Source: Geosiphon pyriformis uo1 (Eukaryota > Fungi > Glomeromycota). Taken from it: a stretch of DNA of 64,000 bases. How positions within the stretch are numbered: position 1 is the stretch's first letter; each line of letters starts with the position of its first letter. The DNA lies in NCBI GenBank assembly GCA_016748015.1, contig JAAOMT010000201.1, forward strand, positions 442,224 to 506,223, in the 5' to 3' direction. The notes under the pieces were generated by a model that did not search any database, had not been told where the DNA came from, and worked only from the letters and a program-made list of their open reading frames with translations. The position numbers were made by a program, and so were the translations under genes. Below are positions 11,559 through 23,030 of this stretch, in pieces.

Positions 11559-14354
11559 GTTGAAAAGTTATCAAGAAAAGTTTCTTTGATATCGATTATA
11601 AAAAGAACAACGTTTTGTGAAAAACTACAAACAAAATTTGTTGAAACATCCTTTTTTAAAGAATCCAGGATGTTCTGGAAAATCCTTTTGTAAAAAAAAA
11701 GGATATCGACACGCGGGAAAAGATTCCTTTTTTATCTGATATTAAATTAATACAATCGATCACGGAATGATGATCAGAGATGAAACCACGAGTTTCCGAT
11801 CACGTGCGTTAAAAACGGGATTCTAAATTGAAACTATTACTTTTTATAGTTATTAAAGAATAAATTATAAATAATAATATTTTTTATTATAAGCACGTTT
11901 TAAGGTTACATTTAATTTTCCATTCAGTTATTTTATCTATCTCATCTTTCATATTTTAACCTATTTGTTATCTAGCTCAGTCTCTTATATTTAGATTTTA
12001 AACTTTTGTTTTGAATAAATAAATTGATATTGAACTCTAAGATTTGTTTGTTGAAGCATAGAGTTGTTTTAATTGTATTATTATTTATGAATTATTCCTT
12101 GAACTTTAAATTTTTCTATTTCTTTAAACTCTCATCCAGATTTCTTACTATTCATAAATTATTACTTTTCAAAATCTTATTAGATTTAAATGCTTTTTTT
12201 ATCTTTCATTGGATCAAAAATTCCAATTTGATAAGAAATTAAGAGCAATTTGTAATTTGTTTTGCATTTTATTCCTGAAGAATAATTTTTACTTTCTGAT
12301 TAAGGAATTTGTAATCATTGTCTCTCTCATAAAATTCCAAGTGTGATAAGTTGATTTCGTATTCATTTTTCCTCAATCTCAAATCTTTTGGCACACCCAA
12401 AGATTCAAAACTTCAACTCTACAATTGGTTAATAATTCAGTGTCATATTACTACTTACGAAAACTTGATCGAAATTAGTTGTTTTTTACGAATTATTTTT
12501 TTTGAGAGAGATAATTAGTTTTGCCTCATTTCGTTGCATGAAGTAAAATGTAAGACTGGTAGTGAATAGTAATTTTTATTTTGTTGATGAATAAAGTTTA
12601 AACAAATGGAGTCTATTACATATGACAATTATTTGACACCTGTCCAGTTAAGAGCAAAATCAAAAGCTGAAAGTTAATTTCAAAGGTTTATTGGCAAAAT
12701 TTTTTTAGTAGCTATATTTTATTCTTATTTTCACAACCTGACCCAAGGAATTTTCTCGGCCATCAAAAGTATTCAAATTCCTATGTTTATCTATTTATTG
12801 AAAAATGAAAAGCACAAACTCAATTCAAACGGTTTCACGATTAACTCTTTTCAAAATTAGAATTTAAGCATTTAGTTTTGGCCCAATATTTAGTATCTTT
12901 GAAAATAATATTATCAGACCCTGAAATGGTCTTATAATTTCCAATCAAGAACACTTTATTTTGCCTCCAAAACTTTGATGGTTATTAAAAACAAAAAACT
13001 CAAGGTTAAAGAAAAACGTTTAAACATTTTTCTTTTTAATTAAATCGACAACACACACCAAATTTTGGTCATCTACCTCGATAAAAATGGTTTGGTAATA
13101 CATGTATAATTAAATTTCAAACAATCAGAATAATTCAAAAAATTAGTTCCATGATAATAATTCAACTGATGTGATTTATATACATGTACATATTTTGAGT
13201 ATCAATGATCTAGGATTCCTCAGAACAGTTATTTTGGACCATTTTTGAATTGTAAAAAGAATTCTCCTAAAGATGTACAAATTTTCAAATATGAAGTTTG
13301 TGTCCTTAGATCACAATTTAAAATTTAGACAGAAAACTATAAAAACGTCTCTTACGATTAAATTTAGAATTCAATTGTATCAAAACATTATTTCCCTTTG
13401 AATCAGATTTTTAACGTTCTCAATTTAAATTTCTTTCTGTTGAATGCAAATTAGTAGATTTGTTGATTTTCTACGCTTCGAACAAGCTTTCTAGAGATTT
13501 TTTTTTCGCATTTATCAATAACTTCATATAGTAAAGAAAATAATTTATATATCATCATTCTCTTAATTTTTAAGCATTTTAAAATTTAAAATTTAGTTTT
13601 CTCAAATCAAGCAGTATTTTATTTTTTCGAAAAAGTGTTCAAATTGTATCACTTAATTTGCGCTGCTATCAAAAAAACTAATTGTATAGTAAATTGCTTC
13701 GTAAACAAAAATAATAATGTTTTATTGAATTTAATTGTATTTAGCAAAAAAAAGATAAAAAATGTATGATTATAAATTGTTTTAATAGATGTAAAAACAA
13801 ATAAAAGTTTTTTTCAGAAATTAGGATTTTAACAATAATAAGATCCATTTGACAAAATAAATTATTAAATTTAACAAAATTTTTATGTATGTGCGTATTT
13901 TATCAAATTTTTTGAAACTAACTACTAACCAAAGCGATAACTAAATAAATACAAAATTTCCAACCAAATAGTAACTTAATTTGTTTTTATAAACATGAAA
14001 TTTTGAAATTTTGAAATTAACCATTAAATCAAATTAATTTTATCGTTTAACTGAATAATATGGTTTAGTGGTTGATATAATCACTTAAATTTATTAATTT
14101 ATTTATTTTATATTCTTTAGGGGTTCTTTTTTTATATAGCTCTGTGACGTAAAATTCCAACGCCATAAGACATAAGAATGACGCTTAATCATAGTTCTGA
14201 AATCAAATTTATGATATTGATGAATTGGAATCTTGTGTAACATGACAATTATAAACTCATATATATGAACTTTGGTTCCCAGTACTAGAGAAGGATTTAA
14301 CCTTCAAAGCTAAAAAAAACCTTTTTTAACACTTTCAGAAACTTTAAATTTTGC

Positions 14355-15441
14355 ATGACTACGAGTGAAATGGGTATAACACATTTCAAAGAGATCCAAC
14401 CTCACACTAGTTATCCGAGGCTCCTTTCCATTTTGGAAGATTTTGGAACCCCAGATTGGGAAGCTCGCCAAATTGAAGAGGCTCAACGGAGGAAAGAGCT
14501 GCTTATTGAAAATTTGAAGAATTGGGAGTTATGGAACGGAGTTGATTCAGGTAAGTTTAGGTTCATGGCAGTTTTTTTAGATGCTTTTCCTTATTATGAT
14601 AAATTATTTTCAATCAATCATACGCCGATTCTTTGGAATGTTTAGACACCTCGAAGACAGTTAAAGACGACCTTTTGAAGACCCGGTTGCCTTTTCGGCA
14701 ATTTGGATTACAGATGAAAGATGAAATATGGGACCATGGCGAGCTGCGAAATGTAAGTGCTAAACTCTAATTTTTTTCTCAACTTTCATACTGGGTTTTA
14801 AAAACTTGTGATAAAAATTTTAGATTTCTGTCGGACTTCCTGATGTTAAACCAGATTGTAAAATAAATAGTCATTATATTGAATACTGGATTGAAGCCGA
14901 AGTAATACAATTTTCAGAATATAAATTCTTCAAAGCGTAATTTTAATGAACCCTTGGCTCATATATCAAAACAGATCTCGTTCAAAAATGGTCGGTTCAT
15001 TAATGTTTACGGTCGAGCCAGGTATAGTGAGTTTGCTGATTTCAACCGACAGTTAATTAAAAAATACGGCCAAAAAAAAATTCCGAATCTTCCGTCCAAG
15101 AAATTATGTGGTAAATTATGCGTTTTTTCTTATAATTCAATTTTATTAAGGTTTCAAAGAAATTCTGTTCACTACTTTGTGAATCATTAGGCCGTTTCAA
15201 AGAAAAATTCATCGATAAACGTCGAATTGCTTTGGCAAAGTGGCTCATTGCGCTCATTGATGAAGCAGGTTTGATTGATGAAACTTTGGATTGGATTATA
15301 CGTCGGATTCCGGTAAACTTGAGTTATTTCTTATTTTGTATTTATTTATACTTTCTGAAGTTTTTGATCACCAAATAGGGTGTTTGTGAATTGGATATAT
15401 ACCGACGTGTACGGCCTGAATGGCCCAGACTTGAGCCGTAA
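14355..15441 (+). CDS. PX (phox homology) domain protein, 233 aa, 6 exons
   Basis: In-frame exons 14355-14550, 14646-14752, 14824-14901, 14975-15110, 15191-15312, 15379-15441. PX signature RYSEFADFNRQL...IPNLPSKK...FKEKFIDKRRIALAKWL. Confidence 0.85.
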
Positions 15442-17571
15442 CAATCAAATTTCTCTTTACTCTTTGAATATGAAAAAATGGAACAATTTCTAAAACATTC
15501 TCTTTAATTTTTATTTCCAGGATAAATTATACAATTGCTCGTATTTTAGACGAAAGAAAACATTTAATAGAAAATTGTGATGTAACGGGAAAAAGTTACC
15601 AAACTTTAGGGTTACGAGCTCACTAGATTGACACGAGAGCATAGAGGGAAATTAAACAGCAATGAGAAAGCCACCTCTCTTACTTCCGTTTTGGATTTGC
15701 CGAATATTAAAGAAAAAGTCATTGAGGATTGCAATTGTCTATAAGTCATCACGTTTGAGCTTGAAAAATTGAAAAAACCAAATACCAGCTAAACGTCAAA
15801 TCTAATTAACTCCAAGTTGTTGAATTGATTTCCTGAGTGAATAATAATTTCTGATAAAGATTTTCGATCCGGACCAAAAGATAAGCATGTTTCAGAAATT
15901 TAAAGATTAGTTCATGGGCAAGTTGCTTGAGGTACTAATATGATGATTAATCGAGTAAATTACTCTGCATTATTTTATTATGTCACATCTCTTTAATATT
16001 TCTTAGCCAACAATATCTTACTTCCAAATAGGTTTTAAAAACATAAATGAAGTCTTGAAATTTAGGAGCAATAAAATATCCCCCTTAATTATTATGCCAA
16101 ACATCCATCATCTTAGCCAAGCCAAAAAATGAGGAGGGGGTGGTAGCTGTGTGATTAATAATTCGGTCGCCTCTGATAAAAATTACTTTGTTTTGATTTT
16201 TCAAATGCAAAATAATAAGTTTTTAAATTTATAAAACTTTTGTTTAAAAGATGAAAAATTTAAATATTAATAAAATAGCTACCTTTAGAAAAATATTTCA
16301 TGGATTTCAGTCTTTTTTGCTTAATAGAATTTGTGAAACCTGTAAAGGAAACATTTTTACGAATAAATAAATCTCTTTAGTATTTTTACGTTTACATAAT
16401 TAAAAGTACATGGTAATGTTTAGCATTTTTGGTTTGTATTGTTACTTTTTATGAATTTAACATTTATAAATCAAGATTTTTGAAAAATTTAAAAATGTAA
16501 AAACGAATTTTTTTATTAATTCTATTTATTATTTTGTCATTTAAAATAGGTTTGATTTGTTATTACTATATTTTTTTTAAGACTTAAAAATATATTAGTT
16601 TAAATCATCCATACAATTATTTAAAAATTATAAAGTAGTGATTTGAAAATATAAACAATATTAATATATTTGAATTAATCAGTTATTAAATTAAATATAT
16701 ATATATTATTATATATTATTATATATATTATTTTTATATATGAATTCAAATATAGCATAATTTTGGTGAAATAAATTATTATTAAAGAAAGAGCTATTTA
16801 TGTTTTAAGTTATTAAAGAAATTATTTCAAAATAAATAATTTCCAAAATAAACAAATTCCAAAAATAAAAATTTTAATTAAAAAATTTGAAATCAAAACT
16901 AAACCAATAATTTAATTTATTTTTATTTTTGATATACAAAATATTAAATAAATTGCAAAAAAAAAATTAATTAATTTCATATATTAATTTGAAACTATGA
17001 TAAGTTCTATTAAAAATTTTAATTTTTTTTTTTCAATATTTTGTAAATTTTAATTTTAATATATACATATATATATATATGTAATTCAAAGAATTTTAAG
17101 ATATTTTATTAAAATAATTATCATAAAATTCTTGAGTAAAAAGTCTTGCAAAATTGATATTTACAAAAAAGTCCGAAAATTTTTCAATTTTTCAATTAAA
17201 TTATAAACCAGAATATAGTTATATTATGTTATGTTATGTTATGTATAAATAGAATTAAATTAAATTAAAAATTAAATTAAATTAATAAAAACAAATAGTT
17301 AATCAATATTTTCCTCTATTTAATTATTTTTCTAAAATTCAAAATAAATGTATAAAAAGTATTATAATGAGCAAAAAGGACAATAATTTTTTTACTTATT
17401 TACTAATAAAATAATAATATATATAGCAAAAATTTTATACTTAAAAATCTAATTTTCATTTATATATTTTAAGTTTATTACAATAAATTTCAAAGAAAAA
17501 TCTAAATTTTTGGAAAATAATATTTAAGCATATTTAGCTTTTAATTTAATTAAAAAATTATCACTTTTTAT

Positions 17572-18020
17572 GGGTATAGCGTAATATTGTTAAAGGGTAA
17601 ACCACAAACCACCATTATATCGGTAAAATAGACCCCGGTTACTCAAAATATGCACCTGCTGTAGTAAGTCCAGATTTTATTACGTTCGCAGCAGAAGAAG
17701 CTGAACTAAATTATCTCGACCCAAATTTTTACCATATAAACCGGATTCATCAAATGAAGCCACTCGTTCCTGTTAAGACTTGTAACAAGAATAGTTTCTT
17801 CATCGAACAATCTACTATATATTGTTTGGCAATTACTAATCCGATGAATTAGACGATTACTTTTGGGATTGGATAAAAGATTTAATACACTTGAAAGCCG
17901 TGATCATAAATCAAATAACACAGAGTCTAAAATTACAACTTCAATAACAATTCGAATTTTTAGAGAATCGGGGTCTAATTCAAATAAAAATGTTATGGTA
18001 ATTGGAATAATATATTTGGG
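17572..18020 (+). pseudogene. Degenerate 5'/middle half of a paralog of the 25972-26958 membrane-protein gene
   Basis: Aligns to GKIDPGY...YLDPNF...VPVKTC...TIYCLAITNPM...ESGSNSNK...IFG with frameshifts and stops; similarity ends at ...ATATTTGGG (18020). Confidence 0.85.
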
Positions 18021-18394
18021 TGTATCTTAAAATAAATTTGAAGATAGACATTTCACTTTAAATGCTTGCTTTTTTAAAAAATAATGGTCTATAATCAAAA
18101 TGCCGCTAAAATCAGAATTTGCTAAAATTAAAAGTAAAAATACTTAACAAATCTTTAAAACAGAAAGCAATTCATTAAAGGAATTTTAAATTTTTTAATG
18201 CATTTTTCTTCTCAGTAAAGGCGATATATTAAAATAAAGGCTGGAAAGCGAAATTAAGTAAATTCCTTTTGCGAAAATTTCTAGAAATTCTGATATCAAC
18301 TGTTTGAAATACTCTTTTTCGAAGTTTAAAAAACAAAAGCAAATAATAAAAGTTTTAGTCTATTAATCTTTTTTAAAACGTTATTATATTAATT

Positions 18395-19720
18395 TTGTTT
18401 CATCAATATCGCATCGCAAGTTGTAACTTTAAAAGAATTTTTTATATCTTTCCTTTTAATTTAGTGAAATATATTCACAACATAATTAAAAGGGTAAATA
18501 TTTAGTCAAAACCTATAGGAAATTCAGAACCCAATACTCTAAGGCGACAAAATAATACCCTAGTATACTGGATATCCACCAAAACCGCTTCTATAGAAAC
18601 TGCTACCATAACCAAAACCTAGATAAGTTGCAAAAAGTGTCATTAGACCACCTCCAAATGCTCATAACCAGCACCATAATTAGATCAAGCTTAAGTAACA
18701 CTATTTCACAAACCTCCGAGGCCAGCCCCATAACCGACAGGTGAATAAAGACCACCGAGATAAGGACTATAAAGACCAGTTCCGAACGTTCCTTGAGATG
18801 CAGCCGCGGCGGCGCTTGAGCTACTAAATCCACCTCCAAACCCTGCTCCCATTACTGGGGCCGCAATACCAACCGCAGGTATTACAGCACGTTTATTCAA
18901 AGTTTCATTTATCGTATTCATTTTAACAATTGGGATTGCATAGACGCCAGGTTGGCTTAAAAGAAATATGAGAGAGACGATAAATGAAATAAAGTAAACA
19001 AATTTAACCATTTTGCTTTTAAAAGTAACGAGATCAAAGATTTTGTTTTCTAAGGTTTTCTCAATGAGAATGGTTATTAGGGGTTAATAATAAAAATTCG
19101 GAATTTAAGAATTATTTATATAGCGTGTAGCTTTCAAACAGGCATTATTAATTTTCGAAATGGCATTGTACATAGACAGAGAAGATGAATCCATTTTTTA
19201 GCAGTATCTAATTAGGATGATGCACTTTTTAATCATCAATTTATTGATAATTGAATCGGTAAGCTTCGTGCTTTTTATAACAAATAAGTGTTATATTTTC
19301 GAAGGAAATTTCAATGAGTCCTAAAAAAGATAATTTTTTCTTTTTCTCAAAAATCTCTAAACTGCTTGAAATAAAGAAATTGGGACTTATTGCAAAATCG
19401 CGAAAAAAGTCTTTATATATTTTGAGCTCACATCTATCAAATTTTATTCTCATAGTATTTCAAATTATCTCAATTTCAAAAATGCTTTTAAAAATAAATA
19501 GACGAAATAATGTTATATTAATTATTTTATAAAGCATTCAAATTAATTTAAGACCAAAAAAACAGTCTTTTTAAAAAATTGAAACAATTTATTATTGCTA
19601 ATCAATACTTAAATAATCATGACTTTCAAATATTTCTAAAGCTCATTCGTAACTTTGATTATTTTTTAAAACTGGAAATAATTTTTTACCAATTTGTAAA
19701 ATAATTGTTTGTTAATAATG
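18395..19720 (-). repeat. Left arm of an inverted segmental duplication (partner at ~21040-23200)
   Basis: The reverse complement aligns with 21040-23200. It is near-identical across the gene and visibly diverged in the flanks. Confidence 0.85.
18560..19011 (-). CDS. Small secreted Gly/Tyr-rich pre-pro-protein, copy A (118 aa, 2 exons)
   Basis: Exons 19011-18714 and 18618-18560. Signal peptide, then NKR Kex2-like site, SSSSAAAAASQG, and GLY/GYG repeats; ends GFGYGSSFYRSGFGGYPVY*. Confidence 0.8.
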
Positions 19721-21283
19721 TTATCCAAATAAATCAAAACAAATTTTTTAGTAATGCTTTGTAAATACTTTATTTATAAAACATTAAAATATTATAAAAA
19801 CATTGATTAATTTATTAGATATTATTGTAATACAGTCATTTCTTGAATTTTATTTTACTTATAATCTCAAAATTATTGTATAATTTGACTTCAAAAATTT
19901 TTATTAGTTATTATGAGTATTAAATATTGATTACTTAAATGTTTCATATATTTTTTATTCAAAAGCCATATAATATCTGGCTGCTTGAATTATTTATTTT
20001 TTCAGAATTTTTTAAAAAATTAATAAATCATTTTTGATTTAAAAATATATTATTACAAAATATTGAATTGATTAATATAAGTAATGTAACTTTTGTTATT
20101 TTTAAAATTTAACTAGTTAAATATGTATTGATTTAATTTAAAAACATAAATTATTTTTTTAATATAATATTCTGAAATTTTTTAATTTTATTCATTGTAT
20201 TTGTAATTTGTTAACTTGATACATACAATATTTTATAACATTAAATAAATATTTAACAAAAATCAATAAATATTTCAAATAATTTTTTTAAACTTATTTG
20301 TTTATTACCATTTTTTATAAAAATTAAGATTTTTATTATTATGAACAACAACAATTTTTGTTAAAAAACCTCATTCAATCAAAAATTTTAGATACATGTA
20401 TTTTAATAATAAAGATTTTTATTTTAAAGTTAAAAAAGTTTATGGTAATTTTGAATTAAAAGAAAGAATTCAAATTTTACATTTAAAATATTTTAAAAAA
20501 TTGAAACTTATTAGATAAATTAATGTAATTTAATTAATTTTCATTTTAAATTTTTTTTTATAGAAGATATATCATTCCATCATCATATATTTGTTTTTTT
20601 GAACACTTGAAATAAATCAAACCAAATTCAGTTTGGTAAACCTATTTTATATTGTAGCTTTTAGTTTGACCAAATTAATATTGACAAAAAATGGAGAGAT
20701 CTTGTATGTATTATTAAAATTTTCATATTAATGTCATGATGTTATTAAATCAACCTAGATTCTTTTATATCTTTAATTGTTAATTTTTTCAAAAATAAAA
20801 AGTCATCTGTTTTTAGTTGTGTTTTAAAAAAAAAATTTTTAAATGCATAGTTACATTTTTAAAAATTCTTAATATTTCATAATTACTGTTAGAAATAAAT
20901 TAATACCTAATTTAATGTTATTAAAATTAAAAGCAAAAGATAATTTAACTTAATGATACATATATTAAATATTTTTTGGTTGAATAATATGTTGGAATTC
21001 TTATTATAAAATAAAATTTGAGATTTAACATTTAATTTGACGTTAACAAACAAACACTTTTCCAATTTAGTCAAAATAATTATTCGTAATTTTAAAAAAA
21101 TAAACCAAGTTACAAATGAGCTCTTGGAAATATTTAAAAGTTATACTTATTCATACTTTGATTAGCAATAATAACTTCTTTCAATTTTTTAAAAGGACAG
21201 TATTTTTGGTTTTAAATTAATTTGAATGGTTTATAAAAAACAAGTAATATAACATTATTTCGTCTATTTATTTTAAAAGCATT

Positions 21284-21566
21284 TAAGGAATAGCCAATAA
21301 TAAAATAGATATTGTTTCACAATAAATGTAAACTGTGCACTTTTTACGCGTGACTAACCACCAACTTCTAATTGGTCATTATTATACAATCGTCATGTGC
21401 ATGTTTTTATAGAGAATATTCTAGTATACTTCAAACTCAGGATCATTTGCACATGCAGAATATAGAGGGTATGCACTTAGCTTCAAGTCCCAAACTTGGT
21501 ACGAGACTATAGTGCGCATATAGAGAGTATGAACTTATAGAGAGTGCACTTATGGAGGTATCACTG
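21284..21566 (-). mobile_element. One-ended pogo/Tc1-like DNA transposon fragment upstream of copy B
   Basis: Absent from the homologous left arm. It ends in ...GTGCACTTATGGAGGTATCACTG followed by TA (TIR CAGTGATACCTCCATAAGTGCAC) and has subterminal TATAGAGAGT repeats. Confidence 0.7.
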
Positions 21567-21940
21567 TATATACAAAGACTTTTTTCGCAGTTTATAGATT
21601 TTGAAAAAAAGTATAGCTTATCTTTTTTAGAACTATAATTGAAATATCCTTCAAAAATATAAAACTTATTAGTTATGAAAAAGCATGAAGCTTACCAATT
21701 CAATTATCAATGATCGATGATTAAAAAAGTGCATTACCTTAATTAGATGCTGCTGAAAAATTGATTCATCACAGTTTATGTACAATGCCATTTCGAAAAT
21801 GAATAATGCCTGTTTGAAAGCTACACGCTATATAAAGAAGTTCTAAATTCCGGATTTTTATTATCAACCCCTAATAACCATTCTCATTGAGAAAACCTTA
21901 GAAAACAAAATCTTCGATCTCGTTACTTTTAAAAGCAAAA

Positions 21941-22218
21941 ATGGTTAAATTTGTTTACTTTATTTCTTTTATCGTCTCTCTCATATTTCTTTTAAGCCAA
22001 CCTGGCGTCTATGCAATCCCAATTGTTAAAATGAATACGATAAATGAAACTTTGGATAAACGTGCTGTAATACCTGCGGTTGGTATTGCGGCCCCAGTAA
22101 TGGGAGCAGGGTTTGGAAGTGAATTTAGTAGCTCAAGCGCCGCCGCGGCTGCATCTCAAGGAACGTTCGGAACTGGTCTTTATAGTCCTTATCTCGGTGG
22201 TCTTTATTCACCTGTCGG
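21941..22218 (+). other. Partial duplicate of copy B running into the N gap; probably an unmerged contig overlap
   Basis: 21646-22218 appears identical to 22239-22811 (offset 593) on either side of the 20-N gap. Confidence 0.75.
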
Positions 22219-22238
22219 NNNNNNNNNNNNNNNNNNNN
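22219..22238. other. Scaffold gap (20 N)
   Basis: Run of Ns in the sequence. Confidence 0.99.
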
Positions 22239-22533
22239 ATCCTTCAAAAATATAAAACTTATTAGTTATGAAAAAGCATGAAGCTTACCAATTCAATTAT
22301 CAATGATCGATGATTAAAAAAGTGCATTACCTTAATTAGATGCTGCTGAAAAATTGATTCATCACAGTTTATGTACAATGCCATTTCGAAAATGAATAAT
22401 GCCTGTTTGAAAGCTACACGCTATATAAAGAAGTTCTAAATTCCGGATTTTTATTATCAACCCCTAATAACCATTCTCATTGAGAAAACCTTAGAAAACA
22501 AAATCTTCGATCTCGTTACTTTTAAAAGCAAAA

Positions 22534-23030
22534 ATGGTTAAATTTGTTTACTTTATTTCTTTTATCGTCTCTCTCATATTTCTTTTAAGCCAACCTGGCG
22601 TCTATGCAATCCCAATTGTTAAAATGAATACGATAAATGAAACTTTGGATAAACGTGCTGTAATACCTGCGGTTGGTATTGCGGCCCCAGTAATGGGAGC
22701 AGGGTTTGGAAGTGAATTTAGTAGCTCAAGCGCCGCCGCGGCTGCATCTCAAGGAACGTTCGGAACTGGTCTTTATAGTCCTTATCTCGGTGGTCTTTAT
22801 TCACCTGTCGGTTATGGAGCTGGCCTCGGAGGTTTGTGAAATAGTGTTACTTAAGCTTGATCTAATTATGGTGCTGGTTATGAGCATTTGGAGGTGGTCT
22901 AATGACACTTTTTGCAACTTATCTAGGTTTTGGTTATGGTAGCAGTTTCTATAGAAGCGGTTTTGGTGGATATCCAGTTATGGGTGGTTATCCAGGCACC
23001 GCTGGTTTTGGTGCTTTGCCTATATATTAG
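22534..23030 (+). CDS. Small secreted Gly/Tyr-rich pre-pro-protein, copy B (133 aa, 2 exons)
   Basis: Exons 22534-22831 and 22927-23030 (intron GTTTGT...CTAAT...TAG). DKR Kex2-like site; ends GFGYGSSFYRSGFGGYPVMGGYPGTAGFGALPIY*. Confidence 0.8.

Noticed and set aside
12024-12242. Short F/L/I/K/N-rich ORFs (also 6680, 19241, 19314, 34171, 36127, 38043, 40919, 42057, 52420, 61342)
   Set aside because: Their composition mirrors AT-rich noncoding DNA, many lack an ATG start, and none has a recognisable domain.
18603-18839. 78-aa alternative-frame ORF (and its twin at 22706-22942)
   Set aside because: It overlaps the secreted protein and its intron, and its conservation is explained by DNA-level near-identity of the duplicates.
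18706-19011. Pheromone or RiPP (KEP/dikaritin) precursor
   Set aside because: There is only one KR site, no repeated KR-delimited cores, no CAAX box, and no tailoring enzymes nearby.
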